Source of the DNA: Candidatus Iainarchaeum sp.
Lineage (GTDB): Archaea > Iainarchaeota > Iainarchaeia > Iainarchaeales > JAZDFD01
DNA length: 64,000 bases
NCBI GenBank assembly: GCA_043808155.1
Contig: JAZDFD010000028.1
Location: forward strand, 17,870-81,869
Reading direction: 5' to 3'
Positions within the stretch are counted from its first letter, which is position 1. Every line of letters begins with the position of its first letter. A program made the position numbers and the translations under genes. Below the pieces are notes generated by a model. It saw nothing but the letters and a program-made list of their open reading frames with translations. It did not search any database and was not told the DNA's origin. This document shows positions 49,893-59,781 of this stretch, in pieces.

Positions 49893-49923
49893 AGTAAAAT
49901 CTTGTTTTTAGAGGTGCATAACC

Positions 49924-51588
49924 ATGGAACTTGATGAAATAAAGACTGATGCTTACAGATACGCAGTTAAAAATGCGTTTTTACACAAAGGCAAGGCAGA
50001 TAAAAAAGCAGTTCTGGGAAAAGTTAAGGCACTGCATAAAGACATAGACATGGTTAAAATTATGCCAATTATTGAGAAGGTTGTTGCACAAATTAATGCA
50101 CAAAGTTTTGATGAAATTGAAGCAAAATATAATGCACTTGAAGGGAGTTATGAATTAAAACCTAAAGCAAAAGAAGAAGGCCTTCCTGAATTGGAATGGG
50201 CGCAGGAAAAAGAAGTTGTAACACGCTTTGCCCCAAATCCGAACGGGCCTTTTCATTTAGGGAGTGCAAGAGCTGCAATTCTTTCACATGAATATGCGCG
50301 AAAGTATGGCGGGAAATTTATTCTGAGATTAGATGACACAGATCCAAAAATAAAAAAGTCAATTGATGATGCAGAAAAAATTTTCAGGGAAGATTTGGAA
50401 TGGCTAGGAATTACTATTGATGAAGTTTATTTTGCGTCAGATAGATTAGATATTTATTATGATTATATGCGAAAGCTTATTGACATGGGCAAAGCATATG
50501 TGTGCGATTGCGATTCAGAAGAATGGCGTAAGAAAATCACAAAAGAGATTCCATGTTCCTGCAGAGAAAAAGAAGTGAAAGAACAGAAAGAAATGTTTGA
50601 TGAAATGATGAAACATCAGTTAAAAGAAGGGGAAGCTGTTCTGAGAATTAAAACTGATTTGCATAATAAAGATCCGAGTGTGCGTGACTGGTGGGCAGCT
50701 AAGATTGTTGATAAACCAGTACATCCACGCGTGTCAGGAAAGTATGTCTGGCCGAGTTATAATTTTGCTTCTGCAATTGATGACCATGGATTAGGAGTTA
50801 CGCTTATTATTCGCGGGCAGGAACATGAGCAGAATAAAACAAAGCAGGAGTTCATGTATGAATATTTGGAATGGGAATATCCCCATTGTTTCCATACTGG
50901 GCGCATTAGTTTGGAGGGAATTGTTTTAAGCACTTCCAAAATTTCAGAAGGAATTGCACAGGGAGAATACACTGGGTGGGACGACCCGAGAATTGGAACA
51001 ATACGTGCTTTGCGAAGACGCGGTTTTACTGCTGAAACTTTAAGAAAAATGATTTTAGAAGTTGGAATTAAAAGTTCGGATACAACTGTGAGTATGGATA
51101 CTTTAATTGCATTAAATAAAGACAGTATTGGGGAAGTCACACGATATCCATTTATCAGAGAGCCTGGATTTATGGATGTTGATTTTTGCCCTGAGACAGA
51201 AGTTGAAATCTCAGGACGGCATGTTTCATTAAAGCAGGGAACACAAAGATTCACTATTTCAATAGAAGAAACAAAAAATTTGAAACCAAATACATTAGTG
51301 AGATTGAGAAATGCGTATAATGTTAGGATTAAGGAAATTGGCGATTTTGGAATTAGTGCAGAGTATGTTAGTTCGGGTGTGATTAAAAATAAACCAATAG
51401 TTTCATGGATTTTAGATTCTGCAGATGTTGTAGTATGGCTAATTGATAATACTGAAATTCTCGGGACAACTGAAATCTCAGTTCTGGATGAGCCAGTAGA
51501 TTCACACCTTTTCTTGGACAGAACTGGTTATTGCCGCGTTGATGGAAGAGAAGGAAATCGCTTGAAGCTCAGATTTACTCATAAATAG
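49924..51588 (+). CDS. gltX: Glutamate-tRNA ligase (archaeal type)
   Basis: TRFAPNPNGPFHLG, DDTDP, IDDH, LSTS, WDDPR. Confidence 0.95.
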   Translation: MELDEIKTDAYRYAVKNAFLHKGKADKKAVLGKVKALHKDIDMVKIMPIIEKVVAQINAQSFDEIEAKYNALEGSYELKPKAKEEGLPELEWAQEKEVVTRFAPNPNGPFHLGSARAAILSHEYARKYGGKFILRLDDTDPKIKKSIDDAEKIFREDLEWLGITIDEVYFASDRLDIYYDYMRKLIDMGKAYVCDCDSEEWRKKITKEIPCSCREKEVKEQKEMFDEMMKHQLKEGEAVLRIKTDLHNKDPSVRDWWAAKIVDKPVHPRVSGKYVWPSYNFASAIDDHGLGVTLIIRGQEHEQNKTKQEFMYEYLEWEYPHCFHTGRISLEGIVLSTSKISEGIAQGEYTGWDDPRIGTIRALRRRGFTAETLRKMILEVGIKSSDTTVSMDTLIALNKDSIGEVTRYPFIREPGFMDVDFCPETEVEISGRHVSLKQGTQRFTISIEETKNLKPNTLVRLRNAYNVRIKEIGDFGISAEYVSSGVIKNKPIVSWILDSADVVVWLIDNTEILGTTEISVLDEPVDSHLFLDRTGYCRVDGREGNRLKLRFTHK

Positions 51589-51670
51589 GGGCTTCAAAGT
51601 AGTTTTATAAAGCTTAGCTCTCAGAATATATACTAATATATTATTGGCGTTTTCTTGCATTCATGCGAGG

Positions 51671-51691
51671 CCCAATGACGTAATTGGAGGG
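51671..51691 (+). promoter_or_regulatory. Kink-turn in the L7Ae 5' UTR overlapping the SD
   Basis: CCC-AAT-GA-CG-TAAT-TG-GA-GGG: C-stem, 3-nt bulge, tandem G.A/A.G pairs. Confidence 0.75.
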
Positions 51692-51697
51692 ATCGTA

Positions 51698-52063
51698 ATG
51701 GCTGAATTTGTTAAATTTTCAGTACCTAAAGAACTGGCTGAGAGACAGCTGGCTCTAGTAACTAAGCTCAAAAAAAAGGGCAAAATAAAGATGGGAATTA
51801 ATGAAATAACCAAAGCAGTGGAAAGAGGAACTGCAAAACTAGTTATTCTGGCAGAAGACATAAGTCCTGCTGAAATTGCAATGCACATTCCTTTGCTCTG
51901 TGATGAGAAAAACATCGCATACACTTATGTTCCTACAAAAAAGGACCTTGGTGTAAGTGCAGGGATTGAAGTCGGCACATCTGCAGTTGCAGTGCTTGAT
52001 GAAGGCGATGCAAAAAAGGAACTTCAGGACATTCAGAAAAAACTAAAGGAACTGAATAAGTAA
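51698..52063 (+). CDS. rpl7ae: Ribosomal protein eL8 (L7Ae)
   Basis: [24 protein letters not shown]. Confidence 0.95.
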   Translation: MAEFVKFSVPKELAERQLALVTKLKKKGKIKMGINEITKAVERGTAKLVILAEDISPAEIAMHIPLLCDEKNIAYTYVPTKKDLGVSAGIEVGTSAVAVLDEGDAKKELQDIQKKLKELNK

Positions 52064-52073
52064 GGGTGACACA

Positions 52074-52289
52074 ATGGCAGATAATGAAACAGGAACACCC
52101 GCGGAAGTTGTGAATATTGTCAGAAGAACCGGAGTTCACGGAGAAATTGTGCAAGTTATGTGCAGAATTCTTGACGGACCGGAAAAAGGCAGAGTTAAAC
52201 GAAGAAATGTAAAAGGTAATGTTCAAAAGGGAGATGTTGTAATCCTGCTGAACACTGAAAGAGAAGCAAAGGAGATAAAAGCAAAGTAG
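52074..52289 (+). CDS. rps28e: Ribosomal protein eS28
   Basis: RTGVHGE..QV, RNVKG, TEREA. Confidence 0.94.
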   Translation: MADNETGTPAEVVNIVRRTGVHGEIVQVMCRILDGPEKGRVKRRNVKGNVQKGDVVILLNTEREAKEIKAK

Positions 52290-52297
52290 GTGTTAAA

Positions 52298-52615
52298 ATG
52301 GCGGATTGTACTTTTTGCGGAAAACCATTTCCGAAAGCAACAGGAAAGATGTATGTTAAAAAAGACGGTACAGTGTATTTTTTCTGCACTTCAAAGTGCG
52401 AGAAAAATATGCTTGTGCTTAAAAGAAAATCAAGAAGAGTCAGATGGACTGAAGAGTATCACAAAGTCAAGAAAATTGAGAGAGGCATTGATAAAGTAAA
52501 GAAAGAAGTTGTCAAAACTGAAAAGAAAACAAGAATAAAGAAAGTTGACGACAAGAAAGTTAAGAAAAAAGCAAGAAGAACTGAAAAAAGAAAAAAAGCA
52601 AAGGGAAAAAAGTAG
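52298..52615 (+). CDS. rpl24e: Ribosomal protein eL24 with basic C-tail
   Basis: CTFCG, G.MYVKKDG, FCTSKCEK, WT. Confidence 0.94.
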   Translation: MADCTFCGKPFPKATGKMYVKKDGTVYFFCTSKCEKNMLVLKRKSRRVRWTEEYHKVKKIERGIDKVKKEVVKTEKKTRIKKVDDKKVKKKARRTEKRKKAKGKK

Positions 52616-52623
52616 GTGACTAC

Positions 52624-53082
52624 GTGGGAACGCAAAGAACATTCGTCATATTAAAACCCGATTGCGTTCTTAGAGGTCTTGTTGGCAAAGTATTGCAGAA
52701 ATTTGAGGACCGGGGTCTGAAGATTGTTGCAATGAAAATGATTCAGCTGGATGATAAAATTCTGGCTGAACATTATGCACATCACAAAGACAAAAAGTTC
52801 TATCCAAAATTAACTGACTTTATGAAACTCTCACCTGTAATTACAGTTGTGTTAGAAGGCGAAAATGCAGTTGACACTGTAAGAAACATTGCGGGAAAAA
52901 CAGATGGTTCAGAAGCAGGCACAATAAGAAATGAATTTTCACCAAATGAAATTCAGGAAAACATACTTCATGCATCTGATGCTTTGGAAACAGCAAAAAC
53001 AGAAATTGAAAGATTTTTCAGGCCTGGGGAAATTTCCAGCTATGACAATAGCTGTGAAAAATTAAAATTCAGCAGAGTTTGA
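52624..53082 (+). CDS. ndk: Nucleoside diphosphate kinase
   Basis: TFVILKPD, GTIR, NILHASD. Confidence 0.95.
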   Translation: MGTQRTFVILKPDCVLRGLVGKVLQKFEDRGLKIVAMKMIQLDDKILAEHYAHHKDKKFYPKLTDFMKLSPVITVVLEGENAVDTVRNIAGKTDGSEAGTIRNEFSPNEIQENILHASDALETAKTEIERFFRPGEISSYDNSCEKLKFSRV

Positions 53083-53110
53083 TTTCTTTCGTTTATTTTT
53101 GGTGATGGCA

Positions 53111-54871
53111 ATGATTCGAAAGCCAATTATTACAGTGCTTGGTCACGTAGACCATGGTAAAACCAAATTCCTGGACAAAATAAGAGGCACTGCCATAGTC
53201 CAGAAAGAAGCGGGAAATATAACACAGCATATTGGTGCAACAGAAGTTCCAATTGAAGCAATTGAAAAAATTTCAAGTAAAATGATTGCTAAATTTGGAT
53301 TTAAACTTACAATTCCCGGTTTGCTTTTCATTGACACTCCGGGACATGAAGCATTCACAAACTTAAGAAAACGCGGGGGTTCAATTGCAGATTTGGCTGT
53401 GCTTATTATTGATGTTAATCAATTAGCACAGAAGCAGACTTTTGAATCAATTGAAATTCTTAAAGTATATAAAACACCTTTCATAGTTGCAGCAAACAAA
53501 ATTGACAAAATTCAGGGTTGGGTTTCAAGAGACGGTGAAGTTCTGAAAAATATTGAAATGCAGAATAAAGAGGTTAAAGAATTTTTGGATAAGCAGATTT
53601 ATGAAATTGTCGGACAGTTACACTCACGCGGTTTCAATAGTGAAAGATATGACAGATGCGGAGATTTGACAAAGGAAATTCCAATAGTTCCAATTTCTGC
53701 AATGACAGGAGAAGGCTTGCCGGAATTATTAATGTTTTTAGCAGGATTGAGCCAGAAATTTTTAGGGAAAAAATTAGATATTGGTGAAAACGAAATTGGA
53801 AAAGGCACAATTCTTGAAGTGAAAGATGAGAAAGGTTTGGGAACTACAATTGATGTGATTCTTTATCAGGGAAATTTAAAAGTTTCAGACAGAATTGTTC
53901 TTGTGGGAAAGAACGGAGTTATTGAAACAAAAATCAGAGCATTATTGCAACCAAAACCAATGGAAGAAATCCGTGAATCAAAAGACAAATTCAACAAAGT
54001 TGATGAAGTTTATGCTGCAGTTGGTGTTAAAATTGTTGCACCAAATTTAGACTCTGCATTAGCAGGTTCACCTGTAATGGTTGAACAGCAGGGAGATGAG
54101 AAAAATATAATTTGTGAAGAGCTTGGATGTGTTAAAATTGAATGTGAAGCATTGGGGGCAATAATCAAAACAGACGCGCTTGGTTCACTGGAAGCATTAA
54201 CAAAGTTGCTTGAAAATGAAGGTTTAACTATTAAGAGTGCAAACGTCGGGGATGTAACAAGACGTGAAATTATTGAAGCTAATGCAGTGCGTGAAAAGGA
54301 TTGTTTTAAGGGAGTTATTTTTGCATTTAATGTAAAGGTTGATGATGAGTTAATGAAAGACGCTGAAAAAACAGGCGTGAAAATATTTAAAGGGAATGTC
54401 ATCTATAAATTGATAGAAGATTATCAGGTATGGACAAAAGAGCAGCAAGAAGCGCTAAAAAAGCAAAAACTTGAAGAACTTACACTTCCCGCAAAATTCA
54501 ATATAATACCTGGCTTTATTTTCAGGAACAATAAACCTGCAGTTGTTGGAGTGAAAATAATTGCAGGCAGATTAAGACCAGGAGTTAAAGTGCTAAATAA
54601 AGGAAAAATTGTTGGTTTAGTTAAAAAAATTGAAGCAAATAATGAAAAAGTTCAGATTGCAGAAAAAAATGATGAAGTTGCAGTCTCAATAGAAAAAGGA
54701 AATGTCGGAAGAAATATTTTTGAGAAAGATGTGCTTTATGCATACATTCCAAAAAATCAGTTTTCAGAACTTGATAAGTATAAAATTTATTTAAACGCTG
54801 AAGAGCGGGAATTACTTGAAGAAATGAAAGAAATTGAATCAAAAGAGATTACAGAAGATGAAGGTGAGTAG
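53111..54871 (+). CDS. infB: Translation initiation factor aIF5B (IF-2)
   Basis: GHVDHGKT, ITQHIGA, DTPGHEAF, NKID. Confidence 0.96.
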   Translation: MIRKPIITVLGHVDHGKTKFLDKIRGTAIVQKEAGNITQHIGATEVPIEAIEKISSKMIAKFGFKLTIPGLLFIDTPGHEAFTNLRKRGGSIADLAVLIIDVNQLAQKQTFESIEILKVYKTPFIVAANKIDKIQGWVSRDGEVLKNIEMQNKEVKEFLDKQIYEIVGQLHSRGFNSERYDRCGDLTKEIPIVPISAMTGEGLPELLMFLAGLSQKFLGKKLDIGENEIGKGTILEVKDEKGLGTTIDVILYQGNLKVSDRIVLVGKNGVIETKIRALLQPKPMEEIRESKDKFNKVDEVYAAVGVKIVAPNLDSALAGSPVMVEQQGDEKNIICEELGCVKIECEALGAIIKTDALGSLEALTKLLENEGLTIKSANVGDVTRREIIEANAVREKDCFKGVIFAFNVKVDDELMKDAEKTGVKIFKGNVIYKLIEDYQVWTKEQQEALKKQKLEELTLPAKFNIIPGFIFRNNKPAVVGVKIIAGRLRPGVKVLNKGKIVGLVKKIEANNEKVQIAEKNDEVAVSIEKGNVGRNIFEKDVLYAYIPKNQFSELDKYKIYLNAEERELLEEMKEIESKEITEDEGE

Positions 54872-55378
54872 ATGAATATCGTGATTTCAAATCCAAAAAC
54901 AGGCAAAGCATACAGTAAAAAAACAGAAACCCCTGTGTTCATAGGAAGCAAAGTCGGAGACGAAGTTTCACTTGATGTTGTTGGTCTTTCAGGCTACAAA
55001 GTGAAAATTCTTGGAGGTTCAGATAAACAAGGTTTCCCAATGAAACCTACATTACCAGGAACTGGAAGAAAACGAGCTTTGCTTTCAAAAGGTACTGGCT
55101 TCAATCCCACATCAAAAGGGCAAAGGAAAAGAATCAGTGTGCGAGGTAACGAAATAAACGAAAACATCAGCCAATTGAATGTTATTATAACAAAAATGGG
55201 TGATGCGGATATTGACATGTTACTTGGAAAGAAAGAAGAAAAAGCTGAAGCAGGAACTGAAGAGAAAACAGAAGATAAAGCTGAGAAAAAAGAAGATGCT
55301 AAACCTGAAAAGAAAAAAGAAGAAAAGAAAGATGTAAAAACAGATGAAACAAAAAAAGATATGAAAAAGCAGAAGTAA
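54872..55378 (+). CDS. rps6e: Ribosomal protein eS6 with K/E C-tail
   Basis: ISNPKTG, GGSDKQGFPM, VRGN. Confidence 0.94.
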   Translation: MNIVISNPKTGKAYSKKTETPVFIGSKVGDEVSLDVVGLSGYKVKILGGSDKQGFPMKPTLPGTGRKRALLSKGTGFNPTSKGQRKRISVRGNEINENISQLNVIITKMGDADIDMLLGKKEEKAEAGTEEKTEDKAEKKEDAKPEKKKEEKKDVKTDETKKDMKKQK

Positions 55379-55422
55379 AAGAAAAAGCAGAAAAATAGTT
55401 TAAATTAAAACAGGTAAATTTC

Positions 55423-56658
55423 ATGGCAGCAAAAAAAGAAGCAAAGACAAGTGCGAAAAAAGAAAATTCTGGAGAGCAATCAGTCGTAAACATAGGCATG
55501 GTTGGACATGTTGATCATGGTAAAACATCATTAACACAACAGCTCACAGGCAAATGGACTGACACGCATTCGGAAGAACTGAAGCGTGGAATTTCTATAA
55601 GACTTGGTTATGCAGATACAACTTTTTACAAATGTCCAAAATGTAAAGATTTTGAAAAATACACAAGCAAGGAAATATGTCCAAAATGCAGTTCAAAAGC
55701 AGAAAAAATAAGAAAAGTTTCTTTTGTTGATGCACCAGGTCATGAAACATTAATGACAACAATGTTAAGCGGTGCAGCATTAATGCATGGCGCAATACTT
55801 GTAATTGCTGCAAATGAAGAATGCCCGCAACCAAGAACACGGGAGCATTTAACTGCTTTGAAAATTAGTGAAATTGAAAACATTATTGTTGCACAAAATA
55901 AAGTTGATTTAGTAAGCAAAGAAGATGCTGAAAAAAATTATAAACAAATTAAGAAATTTTTAGAAACAGAAGGATATGAAGACGTACCAATAATTCCGAT
56001 TTCAGCAAATTTTGGAGGGAATATTGATTTGCTCATTGAGGCAATAGAAAAGGTAATTAAAACTCCTGAGTTCAAGGAAAATTTACCTTTGAAAATGTAC
56101 TGCGCAAGAAGTTTTGATATTAATAAGCCAGGTACTAAACCTGGGGAATTAAAAGGCGGGGTAATTGGCGGTGCGATAATGCAGGGAATGATTAAACCTA
56201 ATGATGAAATTGAAATCACACCAGGTTTTGAATCAGGTAAAATGTCAACAAAAGTTGTAAGTGTAAGTGCAGAAAATGGACTTTTGAAAGATGCAAAAGA
56301 GGGGGGACTTATTGCAATTGGGACTTTGCTAGATCCAAGTGTTACACAAAATGACCGAATGCGCGGGCAAGTGATTGCAAAAACAGGAACAGTTCCTGAA
56401 CCAACAAAAGATATAACACTCGAGGTTCATTTCTTTGAGAGACTTATTGAAAAAGTTGATCAGGAAATTAAAATTGGTGATTTATTAGTTTTGACTGTAG
56501 GCACGCTAACTGCGGTTGGTAATGTCACTAACAAAAAAAAAGATGATATTGATATGAAATTAAAAAATTCAGTAATAATTGAAAAAAATCAGAAAGTTGC
56601 AATAAGCAAAAGAGACAAAACATTCTGGAGGTTGGTTGCTTACGGCATCAGTAAATAA
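55423..56658 (+). CDS. eif2g: Translation initiation factor aIF2 gamma
   Basis: GHVDHGKT, HSEELKRGISIRLGY, DAPGHE, RSFDINKPG. Confidence 0.96.
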   Translation: MAAKKEAKTSAKKENSGEQSVVNIGMVGHVDHGKTSLTQQLTGKWTDTHSEELKRGISIRLGYADTTFYKCPKCKDFEKYTSKEICPKCSSKAEKIRKVSFVDAPGHETLMTTMLSGAALMHGAILVIAANEECPQPRTREHLTALKISEIENIIVAQNKVDLVSKEDAEKNYKQIKKFLETEGYEDVPIIPISANFGGNIDLLIEAIEKVIKTPEFKENLPLKMYCARSFDINKPGTKPGELKGGVIGGAIMQGMIKPNDEIEITPGFESGKMSTKVVSVSAENGLLKDAKEGGLIAIGTLLDPSVTQNDRMRGQVIAKTGTVPEPTKDITLEVHFFERLIEKVDQEIKIGDLLVLTVGTLTAVGNVTNKKKDDIDMKLKNSVIIEKNQKVAISKRDKTFWRLVAYGISK

Positions 56659-57022
56659 GATTGCGCTTGACACAAGTATTTTGTTGGATGCAATTGAATT
56701 CAAAGTTGATGTTTTTACAGAAATTAAGAATAAATTGGGGGATGTTGAATTTATTGTCCCTGCACAAATAATGAAAGAATTAGATGAAATAAGTAAAAGA
56801 GATGAAAAAAAGAAAAGACAAATAATGCTGATAAAGGAGATTATGAACAAAAATGGTGTTAAAATTGTGAAATGTGAAGCTAAAAATGCGGATTTAGCAC
56901 TTGAAATGCTCTCACAGACGGCAATAATAGCTACAAATGACAAAGAGCTAAGAAAAAGGATAAAAAGCGTTAACAACAAGATAATCTTTCTGAGGAAGCA
57001 AAAATATATTGATTTGGAGTGA
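56636..57022 (+). CDS. PIN-domain protein (Fcf1/Utp24-like)
   Basis: LDTS, ELD, ATNDKELRKR; conserved position between aIF2g and rpoE. Confidence 0.85.
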   Translation: MLTASVNKIALDTSILLDAIEFKVDVFTEIKNKLGDVEFIVPAQIMKELDEISKRDEKKKRQIMLIKEIMNKNGVKIVKCEAKNADLALEMLSQTAIIATNDKELRKRIKSVNNKIIFLRKQKYIDLE

Positions 57023-57041
57023 ATATGAGGAGCTGATTTAA

Positions 57042-57644
57042 GTGTATGTGCTTTACAAAATACAAGACACTGTAAGAGTCCCCCCCAAAGAACTTGGCGG
57101 TAAACTGGACGAAGTAATCCTGAAAATGACACAGGAAGAATATGAAGGAATTGTAGATGAAGACATGGGAGTTGTAGTTGCAGTTACTGAAGTGGGTAAT
57201 GTTGGCCAAGGTCGTGTAATTCCCGGAGACGGTGCTGCATATTATGGTGCAGAAATATCAATGTTAGTTTACAAACCAGTAATGCACGAACTTGCAGAAG
57301 GAATAATAACAGAAACAACTGAATTTGGTGCTTTTGTAAGAGTGGGGCCTGTTGAAGGTTTAATTCACGTAAGCCAGATTATGGATGATTACATAAACTA
57401 TGATCCAAAGCTTCCGGGCTTTATCGGTAAGAAAACAAAAAAGAAATTAACAGTTAATGATGTTGTATTAGCAAGAGTTGTTACAATTTCATTCAAAGAC
57501 AATATTTCAAACTCAAAACTTGGTTTAACAATGAGACAGCCATTCCTGGGAAAGGATGAATGGCTTAAGATGGATGACAAAGAAAAAGCAAAGAAAAAAA
57601 CTGAAACCAAACCAAAAGATAAAAATAAAGAGGAAGAAAACTAA
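57042..57644 (+). CDS. rpoE1: RNA polymerase subunit E' (Rpo7)
   Basis: VRVPP, PGDGA, FGAFV, GLIHVSQ, LTMRQP.LG. Confidence 0.95.
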   Translation: MYVLYKIQDTVRVPPKELGGKLDEVILKMTQEEYEGIVDEDMGVVVAVTEVGNVGQGRVIPGDGAAYYGAEISMLVYKPVMHELAEGIITETTEFGAFVRVGPVEGLIHVSQIMDDYINYDPKLPGFIGKKTKKKLTVNDVVLARVVTISFKDNISNSKLGLTMRQPFLGKDEWLKMDDKEKAKKKTETKPKDKNKEEEN

Positions 57645-57655
57645 GGAGGGCTATA

Positions 57656-57850
57656 ATGGGCAAAGAAAAAGCATGCAGAACATGCAGGTTGGTTGTTGAG
57701 GACCTTAAGAAATGCCCCAACTGCGAAGGCATAACATTCACAACATTTTGGCGTGGGTATGTTGTAATTATGAACCCTGAAAATTCCGAAATTGCAAACA
57801 AAATGGGAATTACATCCAGAGGGAAATATGCATTACAGCTAAGCAGATAA
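57656..57850 (+). CDS. spt4: Transcription elongation factor Spt4 (RpoE'')
   Basis: ACRTC...CPNC, PENSEIA, GKYAL. Confidence 0.94.
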   Translation: MGKEKACRTCRLVVEDLKKCPNCEGITFTTFWRGYVVIMNPENSEIANKMGITSRGKYALQLSR

Positions 57851-57876
57851 ATGAATAGATTTTTAGGTGATACATT

Positions 57877-58311
57877 ATGAAAGTTAATATTGTTAGTAAA
57901 CAGAAGAATCCACTTCTCCACAGAGAAGAAATAGAATTTGAAATCAACAAAGCAAAAACAACTCCTTCGCGGAAAGAACTTAGAGAACAGATTGCAGCAT
58001 TATGCAATGCAGACTCAGAACTCGTGATAATTGACGATGTTAGACATAGCTTTGGAACAGATTATGTCAGAGGAAAATCCAGAGTTTATGAAAGCAAAGA
58101 AGGTTTATCCAAAAGCGAGTTAGCATACAAAGTAAAAAGACATTCTGAAAAGAAAAAAGAAGTAAAAGAGGAACCCTCAAAACCTAAAGCAGGAACTGAA
58201 AAGAAATCAGAAGAAAAGAAAGAAGATGCTAAACCTGCAGAAGATAAAAAAGAAAAGAAAGAAGATGCTAAATCAGGAAAAAAACCGGAAGCAAAACCTG
58301 AAATGAAATAA
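57877..58311 (+). CDS. rps24e: Ribosomal protein eS24 with K/E C-tail
   Basis: NPLLHREE, TPSR, FG. Confidence 0.93.
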   Translation: MKVNIVSKQKNPLLHREEIEFEINKAKTTPSRKELREQIAALCNADSELVIIDDVRHSFGTDYVRGKSRVYESKEGLSKSELAYKVKRHSEKKKEVKEEPSKPKAGTEKKSEEKKEDAKPAEDKKEKKEDAKSGKKPEAKPEMK

Positions 58312-58352
58312 AAATCAGGAGTAATTTGTAATATTAAATAAAAGGTGATTAC

Positions 58353-58568
58353 TTGGGAAAGAAGAAAAAAACTACTGTGAGAAAAGGCAAAAAAGCCCCG
58401 CGTAAGAGAATAAAAATTCAGAAAGGCAAACTCTATGACATACAAGATGACAAAGCTAAAAAGAAAAACAGGATTTGCCCTAAATGCGGAAGCGGAGTTT
58501 TCATGGCAGACCACAAGGACAGATTTTCTTGCGGAAACTGCAGTTATACTGAAATGAAAACACAATAG
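58353..58568 (+). CDS. rps27ae: Ribosomal protein eS31 (S27ae)
   Basis: CPKCGSGVFMADHKDRFSCGNCSYTE. Confidence 0.94.
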   Translation: MGKKKKTTVRKGKKAPRKRIKIQKGKLYDIQDDKAKKKNRICPKCGSGVFMADHKDRFSCGNCSYTEMKTQ

Positions 58569-58610
58569 GGGGAGTTCCAAATAGCACCATTCATACTGAT
58601 TGATGTTCTG

Positions 58611-59129
58611 TTGGTGCTGTTTCCAATTAGCTTTATTTTCTGGAGACAGAAACTTCATACAACCCGCGAGAGTCTGAAAATTGCCCTCGTAGATCTTGGT
58701 TTTTTCACAAAAGGTTTCAAAAATGATGCAAAAACCACACTAAAACTCATTCTAACAATGTTTATTGCATCAATTATAATCAGTGTTATGTTATACAATG
58801 CGGGATTCAATGACTTATCAAAAATTGAGTTAGTTATTTCACAATTTGGACTTTATAGTCTGCTTTATCTGACAATAGTACGTGCAACAGCAGAGGAAAT
58901 ATTTTTCAGGGGTTTTTTAGTTAAACGCGTAGGTGTAATTGCATCAACAATTTTCTTTGCAGCATTGCATATTGGTTATGGTTCAATTGTAGAAGTAATT
59001 GGTGCATTATATTTGGGGTTTATACTTGCATATGTTTTTTCAAAAAACAAATCAATTATTCCAAACATATTTGCACATGTGTTTTTTAACATATTATCGG
59101 TTTTTATTTTACCAGCAATATTTTATTAG
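58611..59129 (+). CDS. CPBP (Abi/CAAX) intramembrane metalloprotease, start uncertain
   Basis: EEIFFRG, FAALH, AH..FN motifs. Confidence 0.9.
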   Translation: MVLFPISFIFWRQKLHTTRESLKIALVDLGFFTKGFKNDAKTTLKLILTMFIASIIISVMLYNAGFNDLSKIELVISQFGLYSLLYLTIVRATAEEIFFRGFLVKRVGVIASTIFFAALHIGYGSIVEVIGALYLGFILAYVFSKNKSIIPNIFAHVFFNILSVFILPAIFY

Positions 59130-59137
59130 TGATATAA

Positions 59138-59761
59138 ATGACCAAAGTATTTAAACTTACAAAAAATAATTCTTCAAAAATCACGGAAGAATGTGCAGCC
59201 ATTATGAGAAAAGGCGGAGTAGTAGTTTATCCCACTGAAACTAGTTATGGTATAGGCTGCAGTGTGTCAGATACGAAAGCCATAAGACGGATTTACAGAA
59301 TAAAAAAAAGACGCTTGGGAAAACCAATGCCAATTATAGTTTCTGATTTGGAAATGGCAGAGAGATATGTGAAACTTGATAAAATAGCACTTGCACTAAT
59401 AAAGAAATTCATGCCCGGACCTTTGACAATTACTACACACAAGAAAAAACCAATTCCAAATGAATTAAGCAAAGACGGGATTGCATTCAGGATTTCACGG
59501 AATGTGTTTGCAAGAACCATGTCAAAAAAATTAGGGAAAGCAATTGTCAGTACCTCTGCAAATATTGACGAATCCGAGATTTATTCAGGGAAAAAAGTAA
59601 TTTCAAGATTTGAAAATAAAGTTGATGCAATAGTAGATGCAGGAAAACTTGAAAGAAACAAAACAAGCACTATTTACAACACATTAAATGGAAAAACAGT
59701 GAGACATGGTCCTGTGAAAGTTCGTGATATTAAGAATGTTTTGCGTGGTTTGGATAATTAA
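59138..59761 (+). CDS. sua5: L-threonylcarbamoyladenylate synthase (single-domain YrdC/TsaC type)
   Basis: YPTETSYG, IKKR, PGPLT, STSAN. Confidence 0.92.
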   Translation: MTKVFKLTKNNSSKITEECAAIMRKGGVVVYPTETSYGIGCSVSDTKAIRRIYRIKKRRLGKPMPIIVSDLEMAERYVKLDKIALALIKKFMPGPLTITTHKKKPIPNELSKDGIAFRISRNVFARTMSKKLGKAIVSTSANIDESEIYSGKKVISRFENKVDAIVDAGKLERNKTSTIYNTLNGKTVRHGPVKVRDIKNVLRGLDN

Positions 59762-59781
59762 TGCTCCCAAAAATAATTTAA

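Noticed and set aside
32371-58658. Long Phe/Ser-rich antisense ORFs (e.g. 32371-32919, 39043-39834, 58086-58658)
   Set aside because: Shadows of Lys/Glu-rich sense-strand genes.
58353-59129. TAG read-through fusing S27ae to the in-frame CPBP gene
   Set aside because: A shared frame occurs one time in three by chance, TAG is a normal stop elsewhere in the window, and a separate GGGGAG SD is present.
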